Shown: positions 1 to 9,610 of the stretch, piece after piece | How positions within the stretch are numbered: position 1 is the stretch's first letter | How the letters are laid out: each line of letters opens with the position of its first letter | Origin: Candidatus Melainabacteria bacterium 17Bon1m | GTDB lineage: Bacteria; Cyanobacteriota; Vampirovibrionia; Obscuribacterales; Obscuribacteraceae | Direction of reading: 5' to 3' | Assembly (NCBI GenBank): GCA_032128875.1 | Contig: JAVLKG010000005.1 | Coordinates: 128,001-192,000, forward strand | Length of the DNA stretch: 64,000 bases | Notes under the pieces: generated by a model | Seen by the model: only the letters and a program-made list of their open reading frames with translations | Told to the model about the DNA's origin: nothing | The model's database searches: none | Program-made: the position numbers and the translations under genes

Positions 1-184
1 AGCCCGCGTCGTCCTTCACCTTGCCGGTGTCGGTGAGCAGGAAGGCGGACGCGTCGGCGTCGAACGGCTTGCCATCGGTGACGCGGGCGTCCCAGCCCAG
101 ACCGATGTGGATCTTCGCGAGACCGGCGGCGCCGGCGTTCTTGCTGAGGGAAACCTTCTCGCCTTTCTTCAGGGAAATGGCCAT
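1..184 (-). CDS. terD: TerD-family stress protein, N-terminal part (runs off the window edge)
   Basis: Manual translation from ATG at 184: [55 protein letters not shown] motif; near-identical to 371..952; AAAGGAG RBS. Confidence 0.9.
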   Translation of the reverse strand, partial: MAISLKKGEKVSLSKNAGAAGLAKIHIGLGWDARVTDGKPFDADASAFLLTDTGKVKDDAG

Positions 185-370
185 GGTGTGTTCTCCTTTG
201 TGCCGCTTGGGCAATTTGGGTTGCGGAGCGATGTTGCTCCAGTTTCAGAAGAAGCAGGCGAGGCAGCCGGATGGCTGCCTGCCTGCAGGAAGACGTGCTG
301 TTAAGCCTGTCTTTGGACCGTCAAGCGCTGCTTGCAGAGACTGGCGTGTTTAGATCACGCTGCCGGCGTC

Positions 371-952
371 TTAGATGTTGACGCCGTAGTTGCCGCAGAG
401 GGCAGCCAGGCCGCCGTCGTAGCCCTGACCGACCGCGTTCATCTTCCACTCGCCGTTGTGGTTGTACACCTCGGCGAAGATCATGGCGGTGTTGGTCGAG
501 GCGTCCTCGGACAGGTCGTAGCGCGCGATCTCGCTGCCGTCGGCCTCGTTCACGATGCGCACGTAGGCGTTGGTGATCTGGCCGAAGGACTGGCGGCGCG
601 TGTCGGCGTCGTTGATGGTGACCGCGATCGCGACCTTCTTGATGTCGGCCGGAACCTTCGTCAGGTCGATCTTGATCGTCTCGTCGTCACCGTCGCCGGC
701 GCCGGTCAGGTTGTCGCCGCTGTGCTCGACCGAGCCGCAGGGGGACTTCTTCTGGTTGTAGAAGACGAAGCACTCGTCCGACTTGACCTTGCCGGCATCG
801 GTGAGCATGAACGCGGAGGCGTCGGCATCGAACGGCTGACCGTCGGTGACGCGGGCGTCCCAGCCGAGGCCGACGCGGATCTTGGTCAGGCCAGCGGGAC
901 CGGCGTTCTTCGTGAGCGAAACCTTCTCGCCTTTCTTCAGGGAAACGGGCAT
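371..952 (-). CDS. terD: TerD-family stress protein
   Basis: [39 protein letters not shown] and [10 protein letters not shown] motifs; AAAGGAG RBS. Confidence 0.95.
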   Translation of the reverse strand: MPVSLKKGEKVSLTKNAGPAGLTKIRVGLGWDARVTDGQPFDADASAFMLTDAGKVKSDECFVFYNQKKSPCGSVEHSGDNLTGAGDGDDETIKIDLTKVPADIKKVAIAVTINDADTRRQSFGQITNAYVRIVNEADGSEIARYDLSEDASTNTAMIFAEVYNHNGEWKMNAVGQGYDGGLAALCGNYGVNI

Positions 953-1130
953 GGTGTCTTTCTCCTTTGTGCCTCGGCGCTCGCGCCTGAGGCGGGTTTT
1001 GTGCGTTGAATGACGAACTGAGGCGCGAACACTCGCTGCGCTCAGCAGGTGTTAAACGAGATGGAGGGAAGCCAAACTCTCAGAGAGCCGGCTTCCCTCT
1101 CATGCGGGAGCGGACTGGCAGCCGAGCTGC

Positions 1131-1859
1131 TTAGTCGTCGAGGGCCTTCTCGAGGATCTGCTTGGTCGTCAGACCGACGCACTCGTCGACGGTCAGGCAG
1201 TTGACGCAGTCGAACTTGGCGCCCTTGGCGACCAGACCGTTGTTCAGGCGCTCGAGGAACGCCGTGGCGCCCTTGTCCTTGCCGGTCTGGATGAACGAGA
1301 AGCCGATCTTGTCACGACCGTAACCGGCCGCGGCCAGGCGCTTGGTGGCGTCGATGATCAGGTCTTCCAGGGCCTTCTCGCCGGCGGCGCCGTCGGAGGG
1401 CTGGCCGTCCGTGATGATGACGTACAGGCGCGGCTTGGTGTTCGGGTTGGCCGGGACCGCCGGAGTGTCCGGGGTGCCCTTGCTGAAGAAGCCGCCCTTG
1501 GTGCCCTTCACCGCCGGCTTGCCGAGCAGCTGGTCGAGGTAGTCGTCGACGCGCGGCTTGAGGGCCTTGGCGTGGTAGGTGCCGCCACCGTCGGCGCGAG
1601 CCGCCTTGAGGACGGTCTGGGCCTTGGCGTCGGTGGTGTTCTCGTTGACGTCGTGGATGTCGGTGTCGAAGCACCAGACGGTGAGACCGTCCTCGTCGAG
1701 CTCGCCGGCTTCCTTGATGAGCAGGCCGATGGTCTTCTTGCTGTCTTCCAGACGCGACAGCCCGGTCGGGGTGTCCTTCGCGTCCATGGAGCCGGAGGTG
1801 TCGAGACCGACTTCGGTGTCGTACTTGGACAGGTCACGCTTCTTGAGGCTGAGAGCCAT
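1131..1859 (-). CDS. vWA (MIDAS) domain protein of the Ter cluster
   Basis: DTSGSM (DxSxS), GGT and ITDG motifs; lies between terD paralogues. Confidence 0.85.
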   Translation of the reverse strand: MALSLKKRDLSKYDTEVGLDTSGSMDAKDTPTGLSRLEDSKKTIGLLIKEAGELDEDGLTVWCFDTDIHDVNENTTDAKAQTVLKAARADGGGTYHAKALKPRVDDYLDQLLGKPAVKGTKGGFFSKGTPDTPAVPANPNTKPRLYVIITDGQPSDGAAGEKALEDLIIDATKRLAAAGYGRDKIGFSFIQTGKDKGATAFLERLNNGLVAKGAKFDCVNCLTVDECVGLTTKQILEKALDD

Positions 1860-2030
1860 GATGCAATCTCCTTGTTTTCGCTATTGAGCGATGGGTTAGA
1901 GCCAAGGCGCACTGACGTTGTGTCAGATGCGCCCGGGCCGAACGTGCTGGCGCGAGGAATTCGCTGCCAGCTGGATATCGATGTTTAGGCGCGCGTTATG
2001 CGCACCTCAACCAGACAGAAATGCGACCGG

Positions 2031-2630
2031 TTACTCGGCGTCGACGCCGTAGCGACCGCACAGAGCCAGCAGACCACCGTCGTAGCCCTGGCCGATGGCG
2101 TCGAAGCGCCATTCGCCGTCCTTGCGGTACACCGCGCCGAAGTCGAGGGCGGTGTTGGTGGAGGCTTCCTCCGAGATGTCGAAGCGGCAGAGCTCGGTGT
2201 TGTCCTCTTCGTTGACGACGCGGATGAAGGCGTTGGTCACCTGACCGAACGACTGACCGCGCTCCTTCGCTTCGTGGATGGTAACGGCGAAGACGATGCG
2301 CTGGACGTCGGCACCGACCTTGGTCAGGTCGATGATCATCGACTCGTCGTCGCCATCGCCCACGCCCGTGCGGTTGTCGCCGGTGTGCTCGATGGAGCCG
2401 TCCTTGGTGATCAGCTTGCCGTTGATCTTGTCCATCCCGTAGAACACGAAGTCCTGGTTCTGGTTGCGGACCTTGCCGGTGGCGCCGAGCACGAACGCCG
2501 AAGCGTCGAGGTCGAATGCCTTGCCGGAAGTGGCGCGCGTGTCCCAGCCCAGACCGACGCGGATCTTCTTCAGGCTGGGAGCCTGTTTGGTGAGAGAGAT
2601 CTTCTCGCCCTTTTTCAGGGAAATCGGCAT
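2031..2630 (-). CDS. terD: TerD-family stress protein
   Basis: Start moved to MPISLKKG (ATG 2630, RBS AAAGGAG); GLGWD, FDLDASAF, GDNRTGVGDGDDE motifs. Confidence 0.95.
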   Translation of the reverse strand: MPISLKKGEKISLTKQAPSLKKIRVGLGWDTRATSGKAFDLDASAFVLGATGKVRNQNQDFVFYGMDKINGKLITKDGSIEHTGDNRTGVGDGDDESMIIDLTKVGADVQRIVFAVTIHEAKERGQSFGQVTNAFIRVVNEEDNTELCRFDISEEASTNTALDFGAVYRKDGEWRFDAIGQGYDGGLLALCGRYGVDAE

Positions 2631-3543
2631 GTTGGTTTTCTCCTTTGCGCGAGTGCGCACACTGTTTGCGGAGTGAACCGCCTGTCACAGTCGTTTACGT
2701 GACTGTTTGCACCAGAAGCGAAGTGCCTCTAGTGCGACTGGAGATAAGCGCGACTGAGTTGCGAAAGCTTGGCTCAACATGCGTCAGCTGACACAGTTTC
2801 ATCAAGTTCCGCGAGCTCGGTGCGCCAATTGCGTAAAAAACGCGAACAACCTCCAACTCTGCTTTTCGGTTCACTTCTTCGAATTTGACCGCCCGGCTTC
2901 AACTCACTCCTTGCGGAATGCGGTTGGGACAAAGGCGAGTGAGTCAATAAGCGAAGTTGTTGGGCTTTTCCGAAAACACAGAGGAAAACGAGGTACATCC
3001 CGATTATGCAGAGCGCTGCTGTTAAAACCTCTTGCTGACCCTCTAGTTATTGCAGGTCAGATACATTTCGATTACAGGAATGTCTTACCTATCTAGGGTG
3101 CCGCAGCCCTCTTGACTTCCGGGTTTTTGGCGCTCGATTTCTGGGGTACGAGGCGTTGCAAGTTCTGAGCCTGTGCGGCGAATCGAGTAGTCAAGATGAG
3201 TTGGCTTACATATTGATTGATACTCATAATGGGCCTATTAACTGTGCTACCTCGCGCGGGGCGGTTCGCTGGTGCGGTCTATGGGGCGAAGTACTTGAGT
3301 GGTTTGTCATCAATGAAACGCAGATATTAAGCGCGTTTAAGCGATGTCAAGAAGGCTGGCGCTAGTTTTAAGGCTGCACCACGCGTGGTGCTAGTTGAAT
3401 TAAGTGGCGCTCACCTTTGCCAAGGCCAGAAAGACTTCGAAAAGTTGCAGTTGTGATCCGTGCGATCTCAACAATTGATCACGTTTTGATCAGAGTTCCA
3501 GTAGGACCTTAAAGCTCGGCAAGGCTCAGGACGTTTCGTTGAT

Positions 3544-3610
3544 CAGATCTGATGAACATCAGATGCAGATCTCGTGAACACCAGATGCAGATCTAATAGA
3601 GATGAACATC
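3544..3610. repeat. 22-bp-period tandem repeat in a GATC-dense patch
   Basis: CAGATCT at 3544, 3566 and 3588; units CAGATCTGATGAACATCAGATG and CAGATCTCGTGAACACCAGATG plus a degenerate third. Confidence 0.75.
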
Positions 3611-4567
3611 AAAGCTTTCATCTGAATGAGATGAGCCATGAATTTACACTTAATCACAATCAGATCACTTAGCTAAACAAAGCTTCAAACGGATCAGAAA
3701 AAAGCTTGATGCAGACCACTTTTTGATTGGGCGCGAAGACCTATCAGAGCTTTTGAAAGCTGTTGGTTGTGGCCGCTTTTAAGGCAACAGGTTGATGCGA
3801 TGTTGCGCTAGATTTTTGAGTTGGTTTATGTTCTGAAACAATTGCGACCTCATTGTCTCGCTATGTTGCCGCAATAGCTCAACTACGCTTGTTTATCATC
3901 GAGCGCTCAGACCTCGCGCAAGTTTGTGCAAACTCGCTCTCCTCGCCGTTTCTGAGCTGCCACTCAAACTTCCTCTTGGCAACTAAAATCTTATTTAGAA
4001 AAAGGGAAAACCGCATGAAGCCATCGTTCTGGCTATTCGCTTGAATTTCACAATACGTCTTGATTTTGAGACGAACTGCCGTAGTATTTTAAACGTTGTT
4101 TTGCACCAAATGCGGTGCGGCATTGCGCTGACCAAACAAGCCGGATTTTGAAGAACGTTAAGCAGACATGACGTGATTGGCGCAGGGACCAGTTTTCATA
4201 GAAACCTGATGATCATTATCCAAGCTGAATATCGCTTTTCTGTGAGTGCTGTGGGGCTGAGGCTCGAGCGGCTTCTATCATGAGCTTCTGAACAATTTTT
4301 CTTTTGCTCCTGTCACAGAGATTTAGGCAAGATGGGGCTCTTACCTCTCAACTCTCATTGACGTTTCATCTTCAAGCCCAGGCGCATACCCAGTACTCCC
4401 AATTCGTCGCCCACGCACTCTTCATCGAGAGTTGATGCAGAACGTCTGCTCAGAGGTTTCGCCAGGCCATTCGCTAATGGAAGCAAGCACGTCTTGCCTC
4501 TTCATCCGCTCAATTGGTCGACGCGTCGCGTCGACGCTACATCGGTCACAAAAAGCGAAAGCAAATT

Positions 4568-5866
4568 ATGAAAACAATGCCAACCACAGATCCGTTCCGC
4601 ACCTTAGTGGAATCAGAGTTCGCCAAGCTCCTCAGTCGTTTGAGCCGTCGACTTCTGATCGTCGGTGATTTCGGAAAGGACCTCGACGACGAAGATACGG
4701 TTCTTTTCCTGACTGGAGAACAGCGGCACCGCCGTCAGACTCAGCTGGAGTTCTTCACCACACCGGGTTCGCGCAAGCAGGATCTGTTCGAACTCAAGGC
4801 TGTGATTGCCAATCTGGCGCCGCCCATCAAGCGTGCACAGCTCGCCAAAGGAACGCTCAAGCTGCTCGGTCAGCCCAATGTTCCTGTCGGCATCGGCACG
4901 GACTGCAAGAACAGTCCCAACGGTCACGACCACGAGTTCGCCAAAGTCACCTACATGGCCGACGTGTCGGAACTCGAAGACGGGCGTGAATTGCTCGTTC
5001 GCACGCTGAAAGATGCCGAAGACAACAGCATTACGCTGGTGCTCATCTCGGGCATGACCGACATCGCCGCCATTCTCAAAGAACACGCGCAGCTGGTCAA
5101 AGCAAAGGTCGAATCCGTTGCCATCATGGGCGGCGTCGAGATCGAGAAGGAAACCAATAAGGTGGTCATCGACAAGGATGGCTACATGGTGCCCGACTCG
5201 GCGGCGAACAACAAGTTCGACATGGACTCGGCGATCTACACCTACCGCTGCCTCCAGGAGCTGGGCATTCCGCTGGTGATCCTCACCCGCGCCGCGGCTT
5301 ACGCGTGCAAGGTGCCGCGCAGCTTCTATGACGAACTAGCCGCCACCGGTCATCCAGTCGGTATCAAGCTGCGTGATTCGCAGCAGGGCTCCATCGAGGC
5401 GCTCTGGCAGAAAGTGAACCTGCCGGTCGGCCACGAAGGGCGCGCCAAGATGCCGGAGCGTCTGAACCGAGACTGGTTCTGCGATACCTTTTGCGCCGGC
5501 AAGGGCAAGGATCGCACCGGCGAAGACAGCATCTGGGACCTCATCCAGTCGTTCAATCTGTACGACCCGATGACTCTCATCGCCGCCGTACCCGAACTTC
5601 GGGAGCGCTTCTACGACCCGACGGTCGTAAAGGTCGGCGAGACCGAACACCTGATCATCGGTGTCTGCGATGCCGTCCCCGGCGTCAAAGACCCCGAGGC
5701 GCTGGCGGACTACATGCTCAAGCGGTGTCTGCTGTCGCTCACGGTCAGCCTCGAGGAACTTCCGAGCGAGTACCGCAACGACAAGTTTTCCAACGAAGGG
5801 GAGCAGCCGCCGTGCCCGCCTCCCAAGAACCAGGACGCAGATGCGGGTGACAAAGCAAAGGACTAG
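4568..5866 (+). CDS. Nucleoside hydrolase-fold protein, XopQ/HopQ1-like
   Basis: DFGKDLDDED acidic motif; ISGMTD, IMGGV, PDSAANNKFD, LGIPLVILT, FYDELAATGHPVG and NLYDPMTL motifs; start set at MKTMPTT. Confidence 0.8.
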   Translation: MKTMPTTDPFRTLVESEFAKLLSRLSRRLLIVGDFGKDLDDEDTVLFLTGEQRHRRQTQLEFFTTPGSRKQDLFELKAVIANLAPPIKRAQLAKGTLKLLGQPNVPVGIGTDCKNSPNGHDHEFAKVTYMADVSELEDGRELLVRTLKDAEDNSITLVLISGMTDIAAILKEHAQLVKAKVESVAIMGGVEIEKETNKVVIDKDGYMVPDSAANNKFDMDSAIYTYRCLQELGIPLVILTRAAAYACKVPRSFYDELAATGHPVGIKLRDSQQGSIEALWQKVNLPVGHEGRAKMPERLNRDWFCDTFCAGKGKDRTGEDSIWDLIQSFNLYDPMTLIAAVPELRERFYDPTVVKVGETEHLIIGVCDAVPGVKDPEALADYMLKRCLLSLTVSLEELPSEYRNDKFSNEGEQPPCPPPKNQDADAGDKAKD

Positions 5867-6048
5867 TCTGACCCCGGCTAGGACTGTCTTTGTCGCCCAG
5901 TAAGAGCAGGTAGTTCTCTGCCTGCTCGAGTCGCAGCGCAATAGCGTTGCGATCCCGGGGAGCTGGGTGCTTTGGCAGCACTCAGCTCCCTTCAGGGAGT
6001 CATTGATGACTCCTGTCCAGTCAAAGAACCAAAATAAGGGCAAAACGC

Positions 6049-6504
6049 ATGGGTGCACTGATATTCTGCCTGTTTTACTGCGTGGGCGCGCTCTTCGTGT
6101 CCGTGGTCGTGGGCGTCAACCACGCCAACGCCGCCGGAATCGTCGCCTGTTTTCTGGTGACGACCGCCGCCTTCGGTGCCGCCGATCTCAGTCTCTACCT
6201 GGTTCGCGGCCCCTTCAACCGCTTCTTTCAAGCGCTGCTTCGTGCGCGCGAGTTGGGAGCTCTGCTCATGCTCCTGTTTATGTTCGCCGTCATCGGCAGC
6301 ATCACAGGTGGTGTCATCTGGGGTTGGGCTTCGCTCGCCCCTCAGGCGTTCGGGTCGGACTCTTTGAAGACCATGCATGTCGCTGAAGCTTTCCGGCTGG
6401 GCTTTGCCGCCGCTCTGCTCATCGGCTTCCTGTCGTTCATCAACTTCCCGAACAGGTTTTCGGAATTGGCCAAATTGGCTGAGCGCTATAACCGCCGAGA
6501 CTAA
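6049..6504 (+). CDS. Hypothetical membrane protein (about 4 TM)
   Basis: Hydrophobic ORF co-oriented with its neighbours. Confidence 0.7.
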   Translation: MGALIFCLFYCVGALFVSVVVGVNHANAAGIVACFLVTTAAFGAADLSLYLVRGPFNRFFQALLRARELGALLMLLFMFAVIGSITGGVIWGWASLAPQAFGSDSLKTMHVAEAFRLGFAAALLIGFLSFINFPNRFSELAKLAERYNRRD

Positions 6505-6680
6505 GGCAGTTGCGCTCAGTTGATTTGTGGTTTTGACCGAGCGGACGCAGAGCCAATCTGCAATTCCGCTGTCTGCAGAAATCGTCGCTTGCTGATGCAA
6601 GCGGCCAAACCGAGTCGTCGCATCTCTGACAAAAGCAGATGTGGCAAACCCGCCTCTAATGAGGCACAAGGAGCAAACAC

Positions 6681-7394
6681 ATGCAACGCAACAACGCATT
6701 CGGACTGGAAATCGTCGTCGACGGTCGCGTTCTGCCCGTCATTCAGCACGGTGGCAAGAACTACGTCGCTGCTCCCTGGGACAAGGATTTCCAGGTGCGC
6801 CTCAATGTTCCGTTCGGTGGTCGTTACCTGGCGGTGACGTCGGTGGACGGGCTGGACATCATGACCGGCAAGACGGCGTCCAAGAACGCCGGCGGCTACG
6901 TCCTGTCCGGCTACTCGAACAACGACATCCCCGGCTTCCGCTTGAACGACAGCGAAGTCGCCGCTTTCCACTTCGGTGACCGTGCCGACAGCTATGCCGC
7001 GCAGCTCGACAAGCCGGCCAACGTCGGCGTCATCGCGGTCGTCTTCTACGAGGAAGTCCGTCCGGTTCGCCACGTGATGTCCATGAGCCCGCGCGGCGGC
7101 TGCCTCGGCGGCGGCGGCGGTCTGGAAGGTCTGGGTGGCACCCGGGGCGGCGCGGTGATGAAGGGCGGTCTCGGTCACGACATGGGCACCGAGTTCGGCC
7201 AGCGCAAGGACCACAAGGTCACGACGGTCGACTTCAAGCGCGGCCGCGAAGTCGGTCGTTTCGTCATCGAGTACGCGTCGCGCGAGAGCCTGGTCAAGGC
7301 CGGCGTCATCACCGACGCTCCGCTGGGCGAGGTGAATCCCTTCCCCGCCGATCGGGAAACCGGCTGCAAGCCTCCGAAGGGCTGGCGCGGCTAA
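6681..7394 (+). CDS. Conserved hypothetical protein
   Basis: Strong codon bias; RBS AAGGAG; SVDGLD..GYV..IPGFR..VAAFHF..SYAA..NVGVI pattern; Gly-rich linker. Confidence 0.8.
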   Translation: MQRNNAFGLEIVVDGRVLPVIQHGGKNYVAAPWDKDFQVRLNVPFGGRYLAVTSVDGLDIMTGKTASKNAGGYVLSGYSNNDIPGFRLNDSEVAAFHFGDRADSYAAQLDKPANVGVIAVVFYEEVRPVRHVMSMSPRGGCLGGGGGLEGLGGTRGGAVMKGGLGHDMGTEFGQRKDHKVTTVDFKRGREVGRFVIEYASRESLVKAGVITDAPLGEVNPFPADRETGCKPPKGWRG

Positions 7395-7474
7395 AGACGT
7401 AGGAGAACCGAGCGAGCGCTCTAGAGATAGAGATCCTCTGACGGTTTCCATAGCCTGAGCTGAGTGCCGTGGCG

Positions 7475-7508
7475 GCAGGGAGGTCGGTGTCAAAACCGAC
7501 TTCCCTGT
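7475..7508 (+). terminator. Stem-loop ending the 4568-7394 unit
   Basis: GCAGGGAGGTCGGT-GTCAAA-ACCGACTTCCCTGT; weak U-tract. Confidence 0.5.
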
Positions 7509-7777
7509 TCGCTACTACTTCGTCGATCCTATACTAAAACCAGTAGTATTCGTGATCAAGTTTGCAACGATTCTACCGGCGCAGGTCATGAAACACTGTC
7601 CGCAACTGGTTCTTCGTTGCTTTAAGGGCGATGCATGGCGGCGACACATTAGTGAACTAGCACCAAATTTTTTCGTTCCCCTGCGCGCTCGCTGCGACTC
7701 TTTCTTAACTATGTGCCTTTGACCATCACAAACTCTTCACGCTCTTAAAGATATAAATCTCTGACCAAGTTTTAAAC

Positions 7778-8398
7778 TTGACCCCACCTCTCTTCGAACT
7801 TCTTTCCGTTTCCCTCCTCTGGAGAAGCAGCATCGTGCCAACCGTTTCTACAAACAACACAACTGCATTTACCAAAACTGAATATCCGCCCGTATTCGAT
7901 GGATCCAAGACATTGCGCCCAAGCGCTAGAAGAATCTCTGTATCACCACCACCACTTACTAACAAAGAAACAATTACCGCCCCTTCGAATGACCTGCAAT
8001 TTACACCGCCTGCAGCTGGCTCCTTAACGCTAAAGGATTTCCTCAAGGAAGCAGGGGAAAACTGTGATGACGACACCATGCACGTCAACACTTTCGAAAA
8101 GTTGATGCGCTCGACTAATCACAATCTTCTTGCGATTCAGTCTGAATCGCCCAAGAAAATGTTGAATACAGCTGCTGTCAGTCCTCGCTGCAAAGCTTTT
8201 CTTTCATGCAACTACAAACAGAGTCAAACTATCAATCGTGCCGATTTTAAAAAGTCGCGTCAGGCTGATGAAGTGCTCTGTTCGCTGCAAAGTATTTTCG
8301 ATTTCTGGAACAAGTTTGTGTTGGGAGTAGAAAGCGGTTTGACTCTTGCCACCATACGGCGCAAGATGAAGCCACGATGTCAGCCATGCAGAGCTTGA
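7778..8398 (+). CDS. Hypothetical protein, AT-rich (start possibly GTG near 7834)
   Basis: Only long ORF in the region; GGAGAAG lies just upstream of the internal GTG; no recognisable domain. Confidence 0.4.
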   Translation: MTPPLFELLSVSLLWRSSIVPTVSTNNTTAFTKTEYPPVFDGSKTLRPSARRISVSPPPLTNKETITAPSNDLQFTPPAAGSLTLKDFLKEAGENCDDDTMHVNTFEKLMRSTNHNLLAIQSESPKKMLNTAAVSPRCKAFLSCNYKQSQTINRADFKKSRQADEVLCSLQSIFDFWNKFVLGVESGLTLATIRRKMKPRCQPCRA

Positions 8399-8536
8399 GT
8401 TTGGTATTGAAAATTTGCTCTCAGACTCAAGTCGTAAATTAACAGACAAAGTTGGGATGACTGTAGTCAGACCTCTGTAAATTCAGTCGTGCTCTGGCAC
8501 CTGGCATACTAGTGTTTGTCGTAGCGCTGCGAAAAA

Positions 8537-8577
8537 GCAAAAAGAGCGCACCGATTTTTTTCGATGCGCCCTTTTGC
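8537..8577 (-). terminator. Intrinsic terminator after ppa
   Basis: Minus strand: GCAAAAGGGCGCATCGA...TCGGTGCGCTCTTTTTGC followed by TTTTT. Confidence 0.7.
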
Positions 8578-8590
8578 GATGATTTTGTGA

Positions 8591-9412
8591 TTACTTGCCG
8601 TGGCGCTTGGAGCCGGCTTTCGCCTTTGCTTTCGGCTCGGCTTTTGCTTTGGTTTTGGACTTGGCTTTTGCCTTGCCGTTCGCAGCAGCCTTTCCGTTGC
8701 CGTTGGCGGGCAGAGCCGAGGAGAGCAGGTGCTGGAGCTGTTCCAGTCGCGACTCTTCGGTGCCGTAAGCCTCTTCGTAATCTGCCATGGACAGGCGAAT
8801 TACTTCCTGAGCCTCCTTGCGTCCGTAGACGGCGGCGATGTCGACCACAGGCTTCTCACCCTTGCTCATGGGTGGGCGCTTGTAGCTTAGGAAGTAGTGT
8901 TCGAGCCGCTCGATGACACCTTTCGGCACTTCGCTGATGTCCTGAATGTCACCGTATGCGATGTCATTCTCCAGGACGGCGATGATCTTGTCGTCAGCTT
9001 CGCCGTGGTCGATCATACGCAGTCCGCCAATGGGGCGAACATTCACGAAAAGGTCGCCGTGGGCGAAGTCCTTCTCGGTGAGAACGCAGATGTCCAGCGG
9101 GTCGCCGTCACCCTTGATCTTGCTGCGCTTGGTTTTCTTGGCGGCAAAATCACCGATGCGGTCACCGCAATAAGTTTGCGGAACGAAGCCGTAGAGAGTC
9201 GGGCACATTGAGGAGAAGCGTTGCGGCCTGTCCACGTGGAGGTGGCCGGTCTTCTTGTCCAGCTCGAGTTTGACGGCGCCGGTGGGGACGATTTCGATGT
9301 ACGAGAAAACCACTTCAGGCGCGTTTTCACCGGGGGAAACGCCGTGCCAGGGGTGCGATTTGAACAGAGTGTTGAGGAGTTTCTTGAACTCGCTCGGTGT
9401 TTTTGTGCTCAT
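8591..9412 (-). CDS. ppa: Inorganic pyrophosphatase (family I) with a Lys/Ala-rich C-terminal tail
   Basis: HPWHG, YGFVPQT, GDGDPLD and DHGEADDK motifs. Confidence 0.93.
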   Translation of the reverse strand: MSTKTPSEFKKLLNTLFKSHPWHGVSPGENAPEVVFSYIEIVPTGAVKLELDKKTGHLHVDRPQRFSSMCPTLYGFVPQTYCGDRIGDFAAKKTKRSKIKGDGDPLDICVLTEKDFAHGDLFVNVRPIGGLRMIDHGEADDKIIAVLENDIAYGDIQDISEVPKGVIERLEHYFLSYKRPPMSKGEKPVVDIAAVYGRKEAQEVIRLSMADYEEAYGTEESRLEQLQHLLSSALPANGNGKAAANGKAKAKSKTKAKAEPKAKAKAGSKRHGK

Positions 9413-9520
9413 AGAAGCTCCAGACTCGATAGCCCTGAGGCTATGTACTTACATCCAGGTATTTTAGTTCGTGCCAGTCTACAGGACTGACACAGAAATT
9501 TGAGCTGCCGAAAGCCAAGG

Positions 9521-9554
9521 AAGCAGTTCGAGTTTCGAAAAACCCGAACTGCTT
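9521..9554 (-). terminator. Stem-loop after citrate synthase
   Basis: AAGCAGTTCG...CGAACTGCTT inverted repeat. Confidence 0.55.
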
Positions 9555-9610
9555 TTGGTCTTTAGCGTGATGTCTCAGGGCTGCCCGCACGGGGCAAGCT
9601 CACACGCCTG

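Noticed and set aside
2660-2990. Known riboswitch ahead of the ter cluster
   Set aside because: Hairpins are present, but I could not match yybP-ykoY, c-di-GMP or any other consensus.
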